From Candidatus Marinacidobacterales bacterium (lineage in GTDB: Bacteria > Acidobacteriota > Vicinamibacteria > Marinacidobacterales > SMYC01): 64,000 bases of DNA. The translations under genes and the position numbers were made by a program. Every line of letters starts with the position of its first letter. Position 1 is the stretch's first letter. The notes below the pieces were generated by a model, which saw only the letters and a program-made list of their open reading frames with translations, did not search any database and had not been told where the DNA came from. Location of the stretch: the NCBI GenBank assembly GCA_965237955.1, contig OZ250169.1:1632001-1696000 (forward strand), given 5' to 3'. This document shows, piece after piece, positions 36,482-46,745 of the stretch.

Positions 36482-37348
36482 ATGTACCGGGTTTTCGTAG
36501 CGCTCGCGGTCTTTGCGCTGGTAGCGCCCGTGGCCGCCGGGCAAACTGTTGGGGCTGCTGGTCCTACTGATTATGCAGAAGCGGATCTTTGGCCCGATCG
36601 CGAAGAGCTGGAGCACTTCTTGCGCAAGGCCAAGATCACCGAGCGGAAGAAGATCGGTAAGGGCATCACCAATCCCGAGAAAGTCACGCTCGAGCTCGAC
36701 GGCGTCGTGCGGCATGCGATCTTCAAGAGGGTCGACAAGAAACACGACAACTGGCGTTACGAGGTTGCGGCGTACGAGCTCGACAAACTCTTGGGTCTGG
36801 GCATGGTCCCACCTACGGTGAAGCGCGGCCTCCGCGGGCGCAAGGGGTGCCTCCAACTTTGGGTCACCGGGACGGTAATGGTCGAGTTCGAGGGCGAGTT
36901 TCCGGATATGGACCGATGGCGTGAGCAAGTGAGTGTCATGTGGCTCTTCGACGATCTCATCGCGAACATCGATCGCCATCTCAACAACGCGATGGTCTCA
37001 CCCGATCACCGGTTGATGCTCATCGACAACTCGAAGACGTTTCGTTATCAGAAAACATTGCTGAACGATTTGAACGCCAACGGTACCGGCACCCACGCCC
37101 GCTTCTGGGGTGTCGACTACGACGAGAACCGCGAGCGCTACCCGACGCGCTATCCCCCGGAGCTCACCGAACGACTGCGCGGCTTGTCCAAGGACGAACT
37201 CAAGGGCGCGATCAAAAAGTTTGTTTGGGGACAGAACCGAAAGTTCGTGCACAAGAGGCTCGAGCTCATTCTTGAGCGCATCGATTCCATGGAAGCGGTC
37301 GCGAACGATACCCAGCCCGAATCTCCGACGTTGCAGTCGACACCCTGA
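36482..37348 (+). CDS. Secreted atypical kinase-fold protein (PI3/PI4-kinase-like / Fam20-like)
   Basis: Signal peptide; AIFK, EVAAYELD, VPPTV, FDDLIANIDRHLNN, LIDNS. Confidence 0.65.
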   Translation: MYRVFVALAVFALVAPVAAGQTVGAAGPTDYAEADLWPDREELEHFLRKAKITERKKIGKGITNPEKVTLELDGVVRHAIFKRVDKKHDNWRYEVAAYELDKLLGLGMVPPTVKRGLRGRKGCLQLWVTGTVMVEFEGEFPDMDRWREQVSVMWLFDDLIANIDRHLNNAMVSPDHRLMLIDNSKTFRYQKTLLNDLNANGTGTHARFWGVDYDENRERYPTRYPPELTERLRGLSKDELKGAIKKFVWGQNRKFVHKRLELILERIDSMEAVANDTQPESPTLQSTP

Positions 37349-37575
37349 TCACTTCTGGGACTGTGAGCGACTCCGAAACTCTGGTCTCCATTTTTCACCC
37401 CGACATGGTGTGGCCGTGGCCTCCCGATGAGCACACCCACGATCCCGTGCACTGGGTGTTGACACAAATCCGCTGTGGTCCGCACGACGTCACGACCTGC
37501 AATAGTTCGGCCTTGACGACCGGGCAGTGATAGTTCAGGATGCGCATCGGGCGGGACTTATCCGGAGGAGGGTTC

Positions 37576-38082
37576 ATGAAAACTTCAGTCATCGTATTAC
37601 TGGCGGGAACTATCGCATTCTCACTGGCGTGCGCCCCCGTCGAAGCGCCGGTGGAGCCAGTCGATCTCGAAGCGGTGAAAGCCGAGCTCATCGAAAAAGA
37701 TAAAGCGTGGGCTGACGCCTACGCGTCTGCGGAAAACAGCACGGATGCCTTTATGGCGCCGTTCGAAGACGACGCTCGCCTGCTCGCCCCCGACATGCCG
37801 CTTGCGGAGGGTAAGGATGCGATCCGCGCCGTTATCGAAGAGATGGAAGCGTTGCCTGGTATCGAAACCGCATGGACGGCGGAAGCAGCGGATGTGTCCG
37901 AGGGCGGCGACTTCGGCTACACGACCGGGAGCTACTATATGAACATGGACGCGCCCGACGGCGCGCCGATCCGTATCGACGGCAAGTACCTCACGGTGTG
38001 GCGACGGCAGGCAGACGGCTCATGGAAAATCGCAGCGGACATGTTCAACCCGAACGGTCCTCCGACTCCCGTCGAAGAATAG
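37576..38082 (+). CDS. YybH/DUF4440 NTF2-like lipoprotein
   Basis: Lipobox SLAC; GDFGYTTG, GKYLTVWRRQADGSWKI; GGAGGAGG RBS. Confidence 0.85.
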   Translation: MKTSVIVLLAGTIAFSLACAPVEAPVEPVDLEAVKAELIEKDKAWADAYASAENSTDAFMAPFEDDARLLAPDMPLAEGKDAIRAVIEEMEALPGIETAWTAEAADVSEGGDFGYTTGSYYMNMDAPDGAPIRIDGKYLTVWRRQADGSWKIAADMFNPNGPPTPVEE

Positions 38083-38085
38083 AGC

Positions 38086-39546
38086 TCAAACGCCGAAGAG
38101 CGGGCGTACTAGCAGGAGGGTGAGGAGACTGATCAGGATCACTCCGATCAGATTGACGCCGATTCCTGCTTTCACGAGTTGCGGTACGGTGAAGTAACCG
38201 GTGCCGAACACGATTGCGTTCGGCGGCGTCGCGGCGGGAAGCATGAACGCGCACGAAGCCGCGAGAGTCGCCGGGATCGCGAGAACGAGTGGCGAGAGTC
38301 CCATGCTCGTCGCCGTCGCGGCGAGAATCGGGATCGACATGGCCGCCGACGCAGTGTTGGACGCGAACTCGGTCAACGTCACGATCAGAACGATCACGAT
38401 GACGATGAAAAGCGGCAGCGGCAGCTGGGCGAAGATTTGAAGCTGGTCGCCCACCCACGCAGACAAACCGTTCCGCTCGAACCCTGCCGCGAGCGAGAAA
38501 CCGCCGCCGAACAGCAACAGCACGTCCCAAGGTAGACGGGAAGCCCATTTCCAGTTGAGAAGTCGTTCGCCGTTTCCGGCCGGGGTGAGAAAAAGCACCA
38601 CCGTCGCCATCATCGCGATCGTGGAGTCGGTGACGAAGCTCCCTGTCGGAATCCACGCGGTCCACAACGGGCGGAACGTCCACGCGAACGCGGTGACGCC
38701 GAAGACGACGGCGACTCGCTTTTCGGGTGTCGTCATCGCGCCCAGCTTGTCAAGCTCGGCTTGAATACGAGCGGCGCCGCCAGGTATGGACTGGATTTCC
38801 AACGGAAACGCGACCTTGGTGAGCCAAAGCCAGGTCAACGGCAAGAACAACAGGACCAACGGAATCCCGAAGCCGAGCCATCTCACGAAGGAGATCTCGA
38901 TCCCGTGGATCGCCGACATCGTTCCTGCAAGAAACACGTTCGGCGGCGTTCCGATGATCGTCGCGACCCCACCGATGGACGCGCCGTAGGCGATCCCGAG
39001 CATGACGTTGGCGCCGAAGTGGAAATGACCGGGCCGGGTATCGATGCCCCAACCTTCGGCTTCGACCGCTTCGACCGCTTGTTGGATGACGGCGAGACCA
39101 ATCGGCATCATCATCGCCGCGGTGGCGGTGTTCGACACCCACATGGAGATGAAGGCGGCGGCGCACATGAAGCCGAGAACGATCCGCGACGGAGACGTTC
39201 CCACGCGGTGCACGATGGTGAGAGCCATGCGGCGGTGGAGGTTCCAACGTTGCATCGCCTGAGCGAGCATGAACCCGCCGAGAAAGAGATAGACGAGGTG
39301 GTTGGCGTACGGAGTCGCCGACTCTTGAGCGCTTCCGAGCCCGAGCAGGGGAAACAGAGCAAGCGGTAGGAGCGACGTCGCGGCCAGCGGAATCGCTTCG
39401 CTCACCCACCAGGTGGCCATGAGGGCGGCGACCGCCATCATGCGCTGTACTTGCGGTGGCACGCCGCTCGGCAAGAACACGATCGCCACGAAGAGCAGCG
39501 GCCCCAGAAAGAGTCCGACGCTCTCCCGGCTGGGTTTCTTATTCAC
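38086..39546 (-). CDS. DASS/SLC13 family sodium:dicarboxylate/sulfate symporter
   Basis: SMWVSNTAT, IGTPPN, TEFASNTA, AFMLPAATPPNA. Confidence 0.9.
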   Translation of the reverse strand: MNKKPSRESVGLFLGPLLFVAIVFLPSGVPPQVQRMMAVAALMATWWVSEAIPLAATSLLPLALFPLLGLGSAQESATPYANHLVYLFLGGFMLAQAMQRWNLHRRMALTIVHRVGTSPSRIVLGFMCAAAFISMWVSNTATAAMMMPIGLAVIQQAVEAVEAEGWGIDTRPGHFHFGANVMLGIAYGASIGGVATIIGTPPNVFLAGTMSAIHGIEISFVRWLGFGIPLVLLFLPLTWLWLTKVAFPLEIQSIPGGAARIQAELDKLGAMTTPEKRVAVVFGVTAFAWTFRPLWTAWIPTGSFVTDSTIAMMATVVLFLTPAGNGERLLNWKWASRLPWDVLLLFGGGFSLAAGFERNGLSAWVGDQLQIFAQLPLPLFIVIVIVLIVTLTEFASNTASAAMSIPILAATATSMGLSPLVLAIPATLAASCAFMLPAATPPNAIVFGTGYFTVPQLVKAGIGVNLIGVILISLLTLLLVRPLFGV

Positions 39547-42244
39547 CCGATGCGGCGCTTGTCTTCGGAAGACTCAGCAAGTTCGCGAAGAGCTTGTAAG
39601 CCGAGGGAACTCCCGCGGGCAACTGTCGGAAAAAACCGAGCCCGATGTAGATCCAGCGCCCCTCGCCGTATTGCGCTTCGACGAGCATGCCGGTCTTGAC
39701 ACCAGCGTTGTATTCCAGCGGATCCTCCGACGCGAGAAGCTCGGTGTAGCGCGGGTCTCCTTCGGGATCGAGGAAGTAGAGGCCACGTTCTTGCACCCAA
39801 CCGCCCCAGTCGTCTTCGGTGATCCGGTTCGGCGTGTTGAAGACCGGATGTTCGGGCACGAGGATGTCGATCGGCGCTTGCTCGACCGTCACGCGGTTGC
39901 GGCTCACTTTCTTGGGATACGGACCCCACTCGGCGGCGTTGAACTCGAATTTGTTGTATTGCACGAGAAGCGTTCCGCCTTCGGAGACGTAGTCCAACAA
40001 TCGTTGGTTGTACGATCTGAGATCCTCGCGCACGAGATAAGCGCGGACGCCGGTCATGATGACGTCGTATTGCGAGAGGTCGCCCTCGGCGAGATCCTCC
40101 GTTTGCAGGAACGTGAGCTCGGCGCCGAGCTGACGGATGGCGGCCGGAATCTCGTCACCGACGCCGACCACGTAGCCGACTTTGACGGGTGCGATGGAGA
40201 GATCGAGCGCCTGCACCGTCGCTTCCGCCGGGTGGTAGAGATAGCGGGTCTGGATGTGATGGTAGGCGATGGTCTGAACGCCTTCACGAAACTCCTCGCC
40301 GTTCACCCGGGCGACCGCTTTGACGTGGTAGGTGCCGCTCTCGATGTTGTCGGGCGGGGTGATGCGGAAGCGCACGGACACCGCAACGTTTTCGCGCTCG
40401 AACGAGAGCTCTGCCTCGGACGGCTCCACCGACCATCCCGAAGGAACTTCGACCTGAAGCGTGCCTACGGCGGCCTCCGTTCCCTTGTAGACGGCATTCA
40501 CCGAGACCGGGCGCGTCTTGTCGTCGGCTCCGGACGGAAACACGACGACGCCGGGCGCGACCGTCACCGAAACGAGCGGGAGCACGGAGACGATCTTCTG
40601 TTTCTCCGATCCGACCCAACGTCCTTCGTAGCGGTATTGGACCGGACGCTCGATCGAGACGTTGGTATTGCCGGAGCGAAACGTGATCGTGGCGGAGAGC
40701 GCGGGCGGACTCCACGGTAGGCCGAAGTCCGCGGGCTGGTTGAGCTCGAATCGATCGATGGTTGGATCGCCGCGGCCCCAGTAGGGGCGATCGTAAGCGG
40801 CATCCGGGGCGACGGTGACTTCATAGGGAGCCGAGAGCGCGGCGTTGTCGATCAGAGAGGCTGGAATGTCTGGGAAGGCATCTCGGTCCTCGCCATCTTT
40901 TTCGCCAACTTTCTTGATTTCCGCGACACTCCATCCCGCGGGCGTGCCGATCTCGATCGACTGGAGCTCGATAGGCTGCGGGCTTCGATTCGTCACCCGC
41001 ACGTCGACGTTGAGCTTCGATCCCCGTGTCACCTCGCCGCGATCCGCCACGGAGTCGAAGCCGATCCCGTGAGCGAGAACGAGCGCCGTCTCGAAGTCAT
41101 GCTCCTTGGGAGCGAGCCGATGCTCGAGCTCGTAGCGAGCGGATTCCGACAAATCACTCGACGCGATGTCGGCGCGGAGCTTGCGCACGGCCTCGAGGCC
41201 CCGGCGCAACGCGGGTACGGTTTTCCAAGGTTCGTTGGCGTCGAACGCATCGGTCGCGGCATCCACTTCTCGCTGCAACGCATTGAGCGCGAGGCCCACG
41301 AATCGGCCATGCTCCCCGGTGACAAAGGCTTCGAGCCGGGCGAGTCCGGTGTCGACGCCGTCGAACAGGTCGGTTTCTTCGTCCGCCACCGCGATGACGT
41401 TGTCCTCGAGGCGCCACACCGACTGGCGTGAGCCGGGAAACGCACGAAGCTGCCTCATCCCCTGACACTTATGGTTCGAGCGAGCTTCGAGACCCATCTG
41501 GTAGTACGAGCGCCCGAGGATGGGATCGTAGTGTCCAGTGTCGAGCTCCACCAGGTGGATGTCCTCGTCTTGCTGTTGCGGTGGTCGCCGCCCTGGACCG
41601 AAACCCACGCGCGTCCGCGAGTAGAGCTTCAACGGCTGCCACGGCCTCAACCCCGCCGCGATTTGCTCGGGAAACCGATTCGGATCCGCGGCCGCCCGAA
41701 ACGCTTCCGCGGTGAGAAGCCCGGACGTCTGATGATGCTGTCCGCCGCCGCCACCGCGAGGCGGAAGCATCACCATGACATCGGGACGGACCGTACGGAT
41801 GATGCGCACGATGTCTTCGAGAATTTCTTCCTCGCCCCACTTCTCGAGAGTTTCTTCGACGCTGAACGAGTAGCCGAACTCATACGCCCTGGTGAAGTAC
41901 TGCTCGACACCGTCGAAGCGGTGCATCGCCATGAGCTCTTCGGTTCTGAGAATCCCGATAGCCTCGAAGAGCTCGGGGCCGATCTCGTTTTGTCCACCGT
42001 CGCCCCGCGTCACCGTCAAAAGCGCCGTCCGGAGCCCTCGCCCGCGACTGAGCATGACGAGGAGTCCATTGTCCTCGTCGTCCGGGTGCGCCGTCGTGTG
42101 CAAGAACGTCGCGCCCGCGCCGAGTTTTCGGAGCTGAAGCGCGAGACCGGTGGCACCGCGGTCTTCGGGAATCGGCTCGATCTGCGCGAACGCAACCAAG
42201 GCAGTGAGACTGCACGTCAAAGCGAGCAAAATAAGGCGTTTCAT
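39539..42244 (-). CDS. PIG-L family deacetylase with C-terminal NEW3-like and GATase-like domains
   Basis: Signal peptide; AHPDDE, TRGDGGQN, GQHH; start MKRLILL at 42244. Confidence 0.85.
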   Translation of the reverse strand: MKRLILLALTCSLTALVAFAQIEPIPEDRGATGLALQLRKLGAGATFLHTTAHPDDEDNGLLVMLSRGRGLRTALLTVTRGDGGQNEIGPELFEAIGILRTEELMAMHRFDGVEQYFTRAYEFGYSFSVEETLEKWGEEEILEDIVRIIRTVRPDVMVMLPPRGGGGGQHHQTSGLLTAEAFRAAADPNRFPEQIAAGLRPWQPLKLYSRTRVGFGPGRRPPQQQDEDIHLVELDTGHYDPILGRSYYQMGLEARSNHKCQGMRQLRAFPGSRQSVWRLEDNVIAVADEETDLFDGVDTGLARLEAFVTGEHGRFVGLALNALQREVDAATDAFDANEPWKTVPALRRGLEAVRKLRADIASSDLSESARYELEHRLAPKEHDFETALVLAHGIGFDSVADRGEVTRGSKLNVDVRVTNRSPQPIELQSIEIGTPAGWSVAEIKKVGEKDGEDRDAFPDIPASLIDNAALSAPYEVTVAPDAAYDRPYWGRGDPTIDRFELNQPADFGLPWSPPALSATITFRSGNTNVSIERPVQYRYEGRWVGSEKQKIVSVLPLVSVTVAPGVVVFPSGADDKTRPVSVNAVYKGTEAAVGTLQVEVPSGWSVEPSEAELSFERENVAVSVRFRITPPDNIESGTYHVKAVARVNGEEFREGVQTIAYHHIQTRYLYHPAEATVQALDLSIAPVKVGYVVGVGDEIPAAIRQLGAELTFLQTEDLAEGDLSQYDVIMTGVRAYLVREDLRSYNQRLLDYVSEGGTLLVQYNKFEFNAAEWGPYPKKVSRNRVTVEQAPIDILVPEHPVFNTPNRITEDDWGGWVQERGLYFLDPEGDPRYTELLASEDPLEYNAGVKTGMLVEAQYGEGRWIYIGLGFFRQLPAGVPSAYKLFANLLSLPKTSAASGE

Positions 42245-42480
42245 GTAGAGCTCCTCGAGGCGTCGATGCCTTCGCGCAGCATAGTGAGCGTTCTGGATGA
42301 TGTCAAAAAAAGTCACGAGAAACTGACAAGAGGGAGGTTTCGAGTCTCCAAAGTCGTCTCTAAAACGGATAACGAAAGGAGACGACCGGGGCTGGCGGTA
42401 TTGGTTGACATATTTCCCACAGACAACTAAGCATGCGGACGCCCTCGAGCTCTAGACCGCTTCCTCTATAATGCCCGCGC

Positions 42481-42606
42481 ATGTCTAAAGAGCCTGAGGC
42501 GCCGCCTCCTGTCTTTGGCACCTGGGGGCGCTTTTACGCCGTCGTGATCGCGAACACGCTTCTCGCTTATCTCCTGCTCATCCTGTTCTCCGCCTACGCG
42601 CGCTGA
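42481..42606 (+). CDS. Small single-TM protein (41 aa) coupled to the symporter gene
   Basis: MSKEPEAPPPVFGTWGRFYAVVIANTLLAYLLLILFSAYAR*; TGATG overlap with next gene; TATAAT at 42467-42472. Confidence 0.7.
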   Translation: MSKEPEAPPPVFGTWGRFYAVVIANTLLAYLLLILFSAYAR

Positions 42607-44282
42607 TGCTGCACCCCCTCGACTGGCTCGTCGTCGCGCTGTATTTCGCGCTCATCGTTTTCATCGGGTACCGCACCGGCCGGGGGAACAAAGGCCTCGA
42701 AGATTTCTTCCTCGCGAAGCGCTCCATGCCCTGGTATGCCATCGGGCTCTCGGTGATGGCGACGCAAGCGAGCGCGATCACGCTCGTGGGCACCACGGGG
42801 CAGGGCTACGTCGATGGCATGCGCTTCATCCAGATCTACTTCGGCTTGCCGCTCGCCATGGTGATCCTGTGCGTCACCCTGGTGCCGTTTTTCTACCGCG
42901 CCAAAGTGTTCACGGCGTACGAGTATCTGGAGAAGCGATTCGATGGCAAGACGCGTAGCCTAACGAGCTTTCTGTTTCTGGTGGGTCGTGGGCTTGCGGA
43001 TGCCGTCGTCATCTATGCGCCCTCGGTGATTCTTGCGATCGTCTTCGGCATCGACGAGAAGGTCATCATCATCATGATTGGCGTCGGGGCGACGCTCTAC
43101 ACCGCGCTCGGCGGGATGCGGGCGGTGATGTGGGTCGAGATGTGGCAGATGCTGATCATTTTCCTCGGCATCTTGTTTTGTCTCGGCTCGGTCATCTTCG
43201 GGCTCCCCGACGAGGTCTCGTTGACGGATGCCATCCGGATTGCGGGTGCCACTGGTCGAACCGACACCGTGGATTTCGATCTCAATCCCAACACGACCTA
43301 CACGATTTGGACAGGGATTTTCGGTGGCATCTTTCTCATGCTCTCGTATTTCGGTACCGATCAGAGCCAGGTGCAGCGCTACTTGACCGCGCGCTCTCTC
43401 ACCGAGAGCCGCCTGTCGCTTCTGTTCACCGCGCTTCTCAAAATCCCGATGCAGTTCGTCATTCTGCTCACAGGGGCACTGCTGTTCGTGTTCTATCAGT
43501 TCGACAAACCACCGGTGGTGTTCAATCCAGTTGCATACGAACGGCTCGCCGCGCAACAGGACGTGAGCGCGCTCGAAGCGGACTACGATAGGGCGTTCGA
43601 ATCGCGCCGCGAAGCCGCCACAGATTTCGCGGATGCGTTGGGTGGCGAGCGCGAGGCCGAGGCGCGACGCGACTTTCTCGCCGCGGATGCCGAGCTCAGT
43701 GGCGTTCGCAACCAGGTCGTCGGGCTCATCAAAGGGTTCGACCCCGATTTCAACGATACGAACTACGTGTTCCCGACGTTCGTTTTGACGAAGCTTCCCG
43801 TGGGACTCGTGGGATTGATCCTGGTCGCGATCTTCGCGGCGGCGATGTCCACGGTGGAGTCCGAGCTGACGTCGCTCTCGACCGCCACCGTCGTGGATTT
43901 CTACAGACGCTACGTGCGCACGAGCGCGACCGATCGCCACTACCTGGTGGTGAGCCGCATGGCCATTTTGTTCTGGGGCGGCTTTGCGACGTTCTGTGCC
44001 CTCTACATGGGACGGCTCGGCTCGGCCATCGAGGTCGTAAACCTTATCGGGTCCTACTTTTACGGGCCGATCCTAGGAGTTTTCATCCTTGCGATCGCTC
44101 TCCGCCGCGCCAACGGCCATGGGGCTTTTGCGGGTGTCTTGCTAGGGATCGCCGCGGTGCAGGCCACGGCAGGTCTTAGTGAGGTTTCCTACCTTTATTA
44201 CAACCTCGTCGGTGCCGCCGTCGCGGTCGCCTCCGGCTACGTGATAAGCCTTGTTTTTTCATCTCCCGAGCGGTCTGTATAA
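42606..44282 (+). CDS. Sodium:solute symporter (SSS)
   Basis: SVMATQASAIT, YEYLEKRF, GGMRAV, GTDQSQVQRYL, FAAAMST. Confidence 0.95.
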   Translation: MLHPLDWLVVALYFALIVFIGYRTGRGNKGLEDFFLAKRSMPWYAIGLSVMATQASAITLVGTTGQGYVDGMRFIQIYFGLPLAMVILCVTLVPFFYRAKVFTAYEYLEKRFDGKTRSLTSFLFLVGRGLADAVVIYAPSVILAIVFGIDEKVIIIMIGVGATLYTALGGMRAVMWVEMWQMLIIFLGILFCLGSVIFGLPDEVSLTDAIRIAGATGRTDTVDFDLNPNTTYTIWTGIFGGIFLMLSYFGTDQSQVQRYLTARSLTESRLSLLFTALLKIPMQFVILLTGALLFVFYQFDKPPVVFNPVAYERLAAQQDVSALEADYDRAFESRREAATDFADALGGEREAEARRDFLAADAELSGVRNQVVGLIKGFDPDFNDTNYVFPTFVLTKLPVGLVGLILVAIFAAAMSTVESELTSLSTATVVDFYRRYVRTSATDRHYLVVSRMAILFWGGFATFCALYMGRLGSAIEVVNLIGSYFYGPILGVFILAIALRRANGHGAFAGVLLGIAAVQATAGLSEVSYLYYNLVGAAVAVASGYVISLVFSSPERSV

Positions 44283-44415
44283 TAGAAGTACTCTGCCGGA
44301 CCAGGTTTGGCGATCCGTCACCCTGCTTCGCTCCGAGCCCAGGACCATTTTGAGCCAGTTCATTCTGCCTATCGAGATCTTCGAGCCTGCCGGCATGCTC
44401 GTTTTGCTCGTGCTC

Positions 44416-46531
44416 ATGGGGGCCGCCAAGAGCGGTTCCGGCTGGAAAAAGATTTTCGGCATGGGCAAGAAGGACAAAAAGGGCAAGTCGAGGGCCGACC
44501 CCGCCCTGGCCGCCGGCGACTGGCAACGTGCGGCCAAAATCTTCGAAGAGGACGGGCGCTACCGCGACGCCGCGAGGATCTATCAAGGTAAAGGACAGAA
44601 TCACGAAGCCGCGCGTGTACTCGTCCAAGCGGGCGCGCTGACCGAAGCCGCTTCGATTTTCGAGCGCGTCGGACATTACTTGAAAGCCGCGGAGGTGTGC
44701 GCTCAATCCGGAGACAACCGCCGGGCTGGAGAGAACTACCGCCGGCTCTTGGAAGAGCGCTTCGGTAGCCTCGCCGTCGCACGCTCGCCCGCGGATCACG
44801 CGGAGTTCACCAAATACTGCCGGTTGGCGGGCCAAGCGTTCGAACGGGCGGGACTGCTGGATCAGGCCGCTGAAGTGCTCGAGCGCGGCGAGCAGTGGGA
44901 CGACGCGGCGGCGCTTTTTCTGAAGCTCAATCGTCACGTCAAAGCAGCCGACCTCTACCAACGAGCTGGTGCCGTGGACCAGGCGGCAGACGCCTTCGCC
45001 CAGGCTGGCGATCGCGTCCGAGCGGCGCAGATGCGCGGCGGAGTTTCTCTACAAGCAAGATCAGAAAAACGAAGCCGCGGTGCAGTTTCTGCTCGGTGGC
45101 GACCCGCTGCGTGCGGCGGAAGTCTACGAGGAGGCCGGGAACTATCTCGACGCGGCGCGTTGTTACGAGCACTGTGGAGCGCATCGCCAGGCGGCCGAGG
45201 CATATGAGCGCGTGGAGCAGTTCGATCGTGCAGCGGAGATGTACGGTCGCAGCCAGGAGTATCAAAAAGCCGCGGATCTCTACGAAAAAGCCGAAGACTG
45301 GGAGCGAGCGACCCGCATGTTCGCCGAATCGGGCGCGTACTACCGCGCCGCGAAGCTCGCTCGCAAGGAGGGCCTCACCGAAATCGCCATCGACTACTTG
45401 CAGAAAGTCGAACCGGGCGACGCGAACTATCAAAGTGCGCTCGTGGAGTTGGGAGAGAACTTCATGGAGCGCGACCTCCCCGGTGTGGCGGTCGAAAAGC
45501 TCAAGAAGGCGCTCGCGGTTCAGCCGCTCTCGGAGAAAAACCTCGACGTCTATCACACGCTCGCGGTCGCGTCTGAGCAAATGGGCGACTACGCGGCCGC
45601 GGTCGACGTTCTCAAGCAGATCGTTGCCGAGAACTACAGCTATCGTGACGCGGTGGGGCGCCTGCAAGATCTCGAAAAGAAAATCGCCGAGGGAGGGCGC
45701 GAGCCCAAACACGTCCACGCGGCCAAGGAAGAGCTCGGCGAAGGCAAACGTTACGAGTTCGTGGAGAAACTCGGCGCCGGCGGCATGGGTGTCGTCTATC
45801 GAGCCAAAGACACGCGGCTCAACCGAGTCGTGGCGTACAAGATGCTCATGGAGCAGTTCATGGAGGTCAAAGACGTCCGCGACCGTTTCCTCCGTGAGGC
45901 CCAATCGGCAGCTCAGCTCAACCATCCCAACATCGTCACCGTCTTCGATATGGACGTCGATCCCGAGCGCAATCGGCTCTTCATCGCCATGGAGTTCGTC
46001 GCTGGGGAGTCGTATTTCGACATCTTGCAGCGCGAGACCCGGCTTTCGATTCCGCAGGTTATGCACTTCGTCGTCGGCGTGCTCAAAGCGCTTGCTCATG
46101 CCCACGGTCACGGCGTGGTGCATCGCGATATCAAGCCGTCGAACGTCATGCTGTCGGAGCAGCGTACGGTGAAGATCATGGACTTCGGTCTTGCCAAAGT
46201 GCTGCGCGACGCGAAAGCGCAAGGGAGTGAGAAGGCGAGCGGGACGCCGCTCTACATGTCGCCCGAGCAGATTCTCGGCAAAGCGATCGACTTTCGCACC
46301 GACATCTATGCCTTCGGCGGCACCGTGTACTACCTTCTCGCCGGGGAGCCGCCGTTCGTCGACGGCGAAGTGCTCTACCACCACGTGCACACCAAAGCGA
46401 AACAGCTCAAGGAGCTTCGCCCCGATATCCCCAAAGTCCTCGACAACATCGTGATGGCTTGCCTGAACAAGGATCCTTCGAATCGGCCCACGGCTGAGAC
46501 GATTTTGAAGATGTTGAAAAAATCCTCTTGA
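44416..46531 (+). CDS. Helical-repeat (TPR/SNAP-like) Ser/Thr protein kinase; frameshift near 45040
   Basis: Repeated xxAAExYExxG units across both ORFs; LGAGGMG, HRDIKPSN, DFG, YMSPE. Confidence 0.85.
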
Positions 46532-46710
46532 TCCGCCATCAGCCATCAGCCATCAGCCATCAGCTCCTTTAAGCTAGAACGGCTTTGCTCAACGCGGCGA
46601 CGGCGTTCGGTAATCGCAGCTGAGGCCTGCTGATGGCCGACGGCCGATGGCGGATCCATAACAGCATCATGGCCGATGGCTGATGGCGGATCGCAGGGCA
46701 GGCCGATGGC
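46530..46710. repeat. 7-mer tandem/inverted repeat cluster (GCCATCA)n and complementary arms
   Basis: (GCCATCA)x4 at 46535-46562; complementary GCTGATGGCCGACGGCCGATGGCGGATC at 46629-46656 plus further partial copies. Confidence 0.75.
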
Positions 46711-46745
46711 TAGGGCGGCTGCGCTATAATGCTCCGCCGCCCGAC

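Noticed and set aside
46530-46710. CRISPR array
   Set aside because: Units are 7 bp tandem/inverted with no unique spacers and no cas genes
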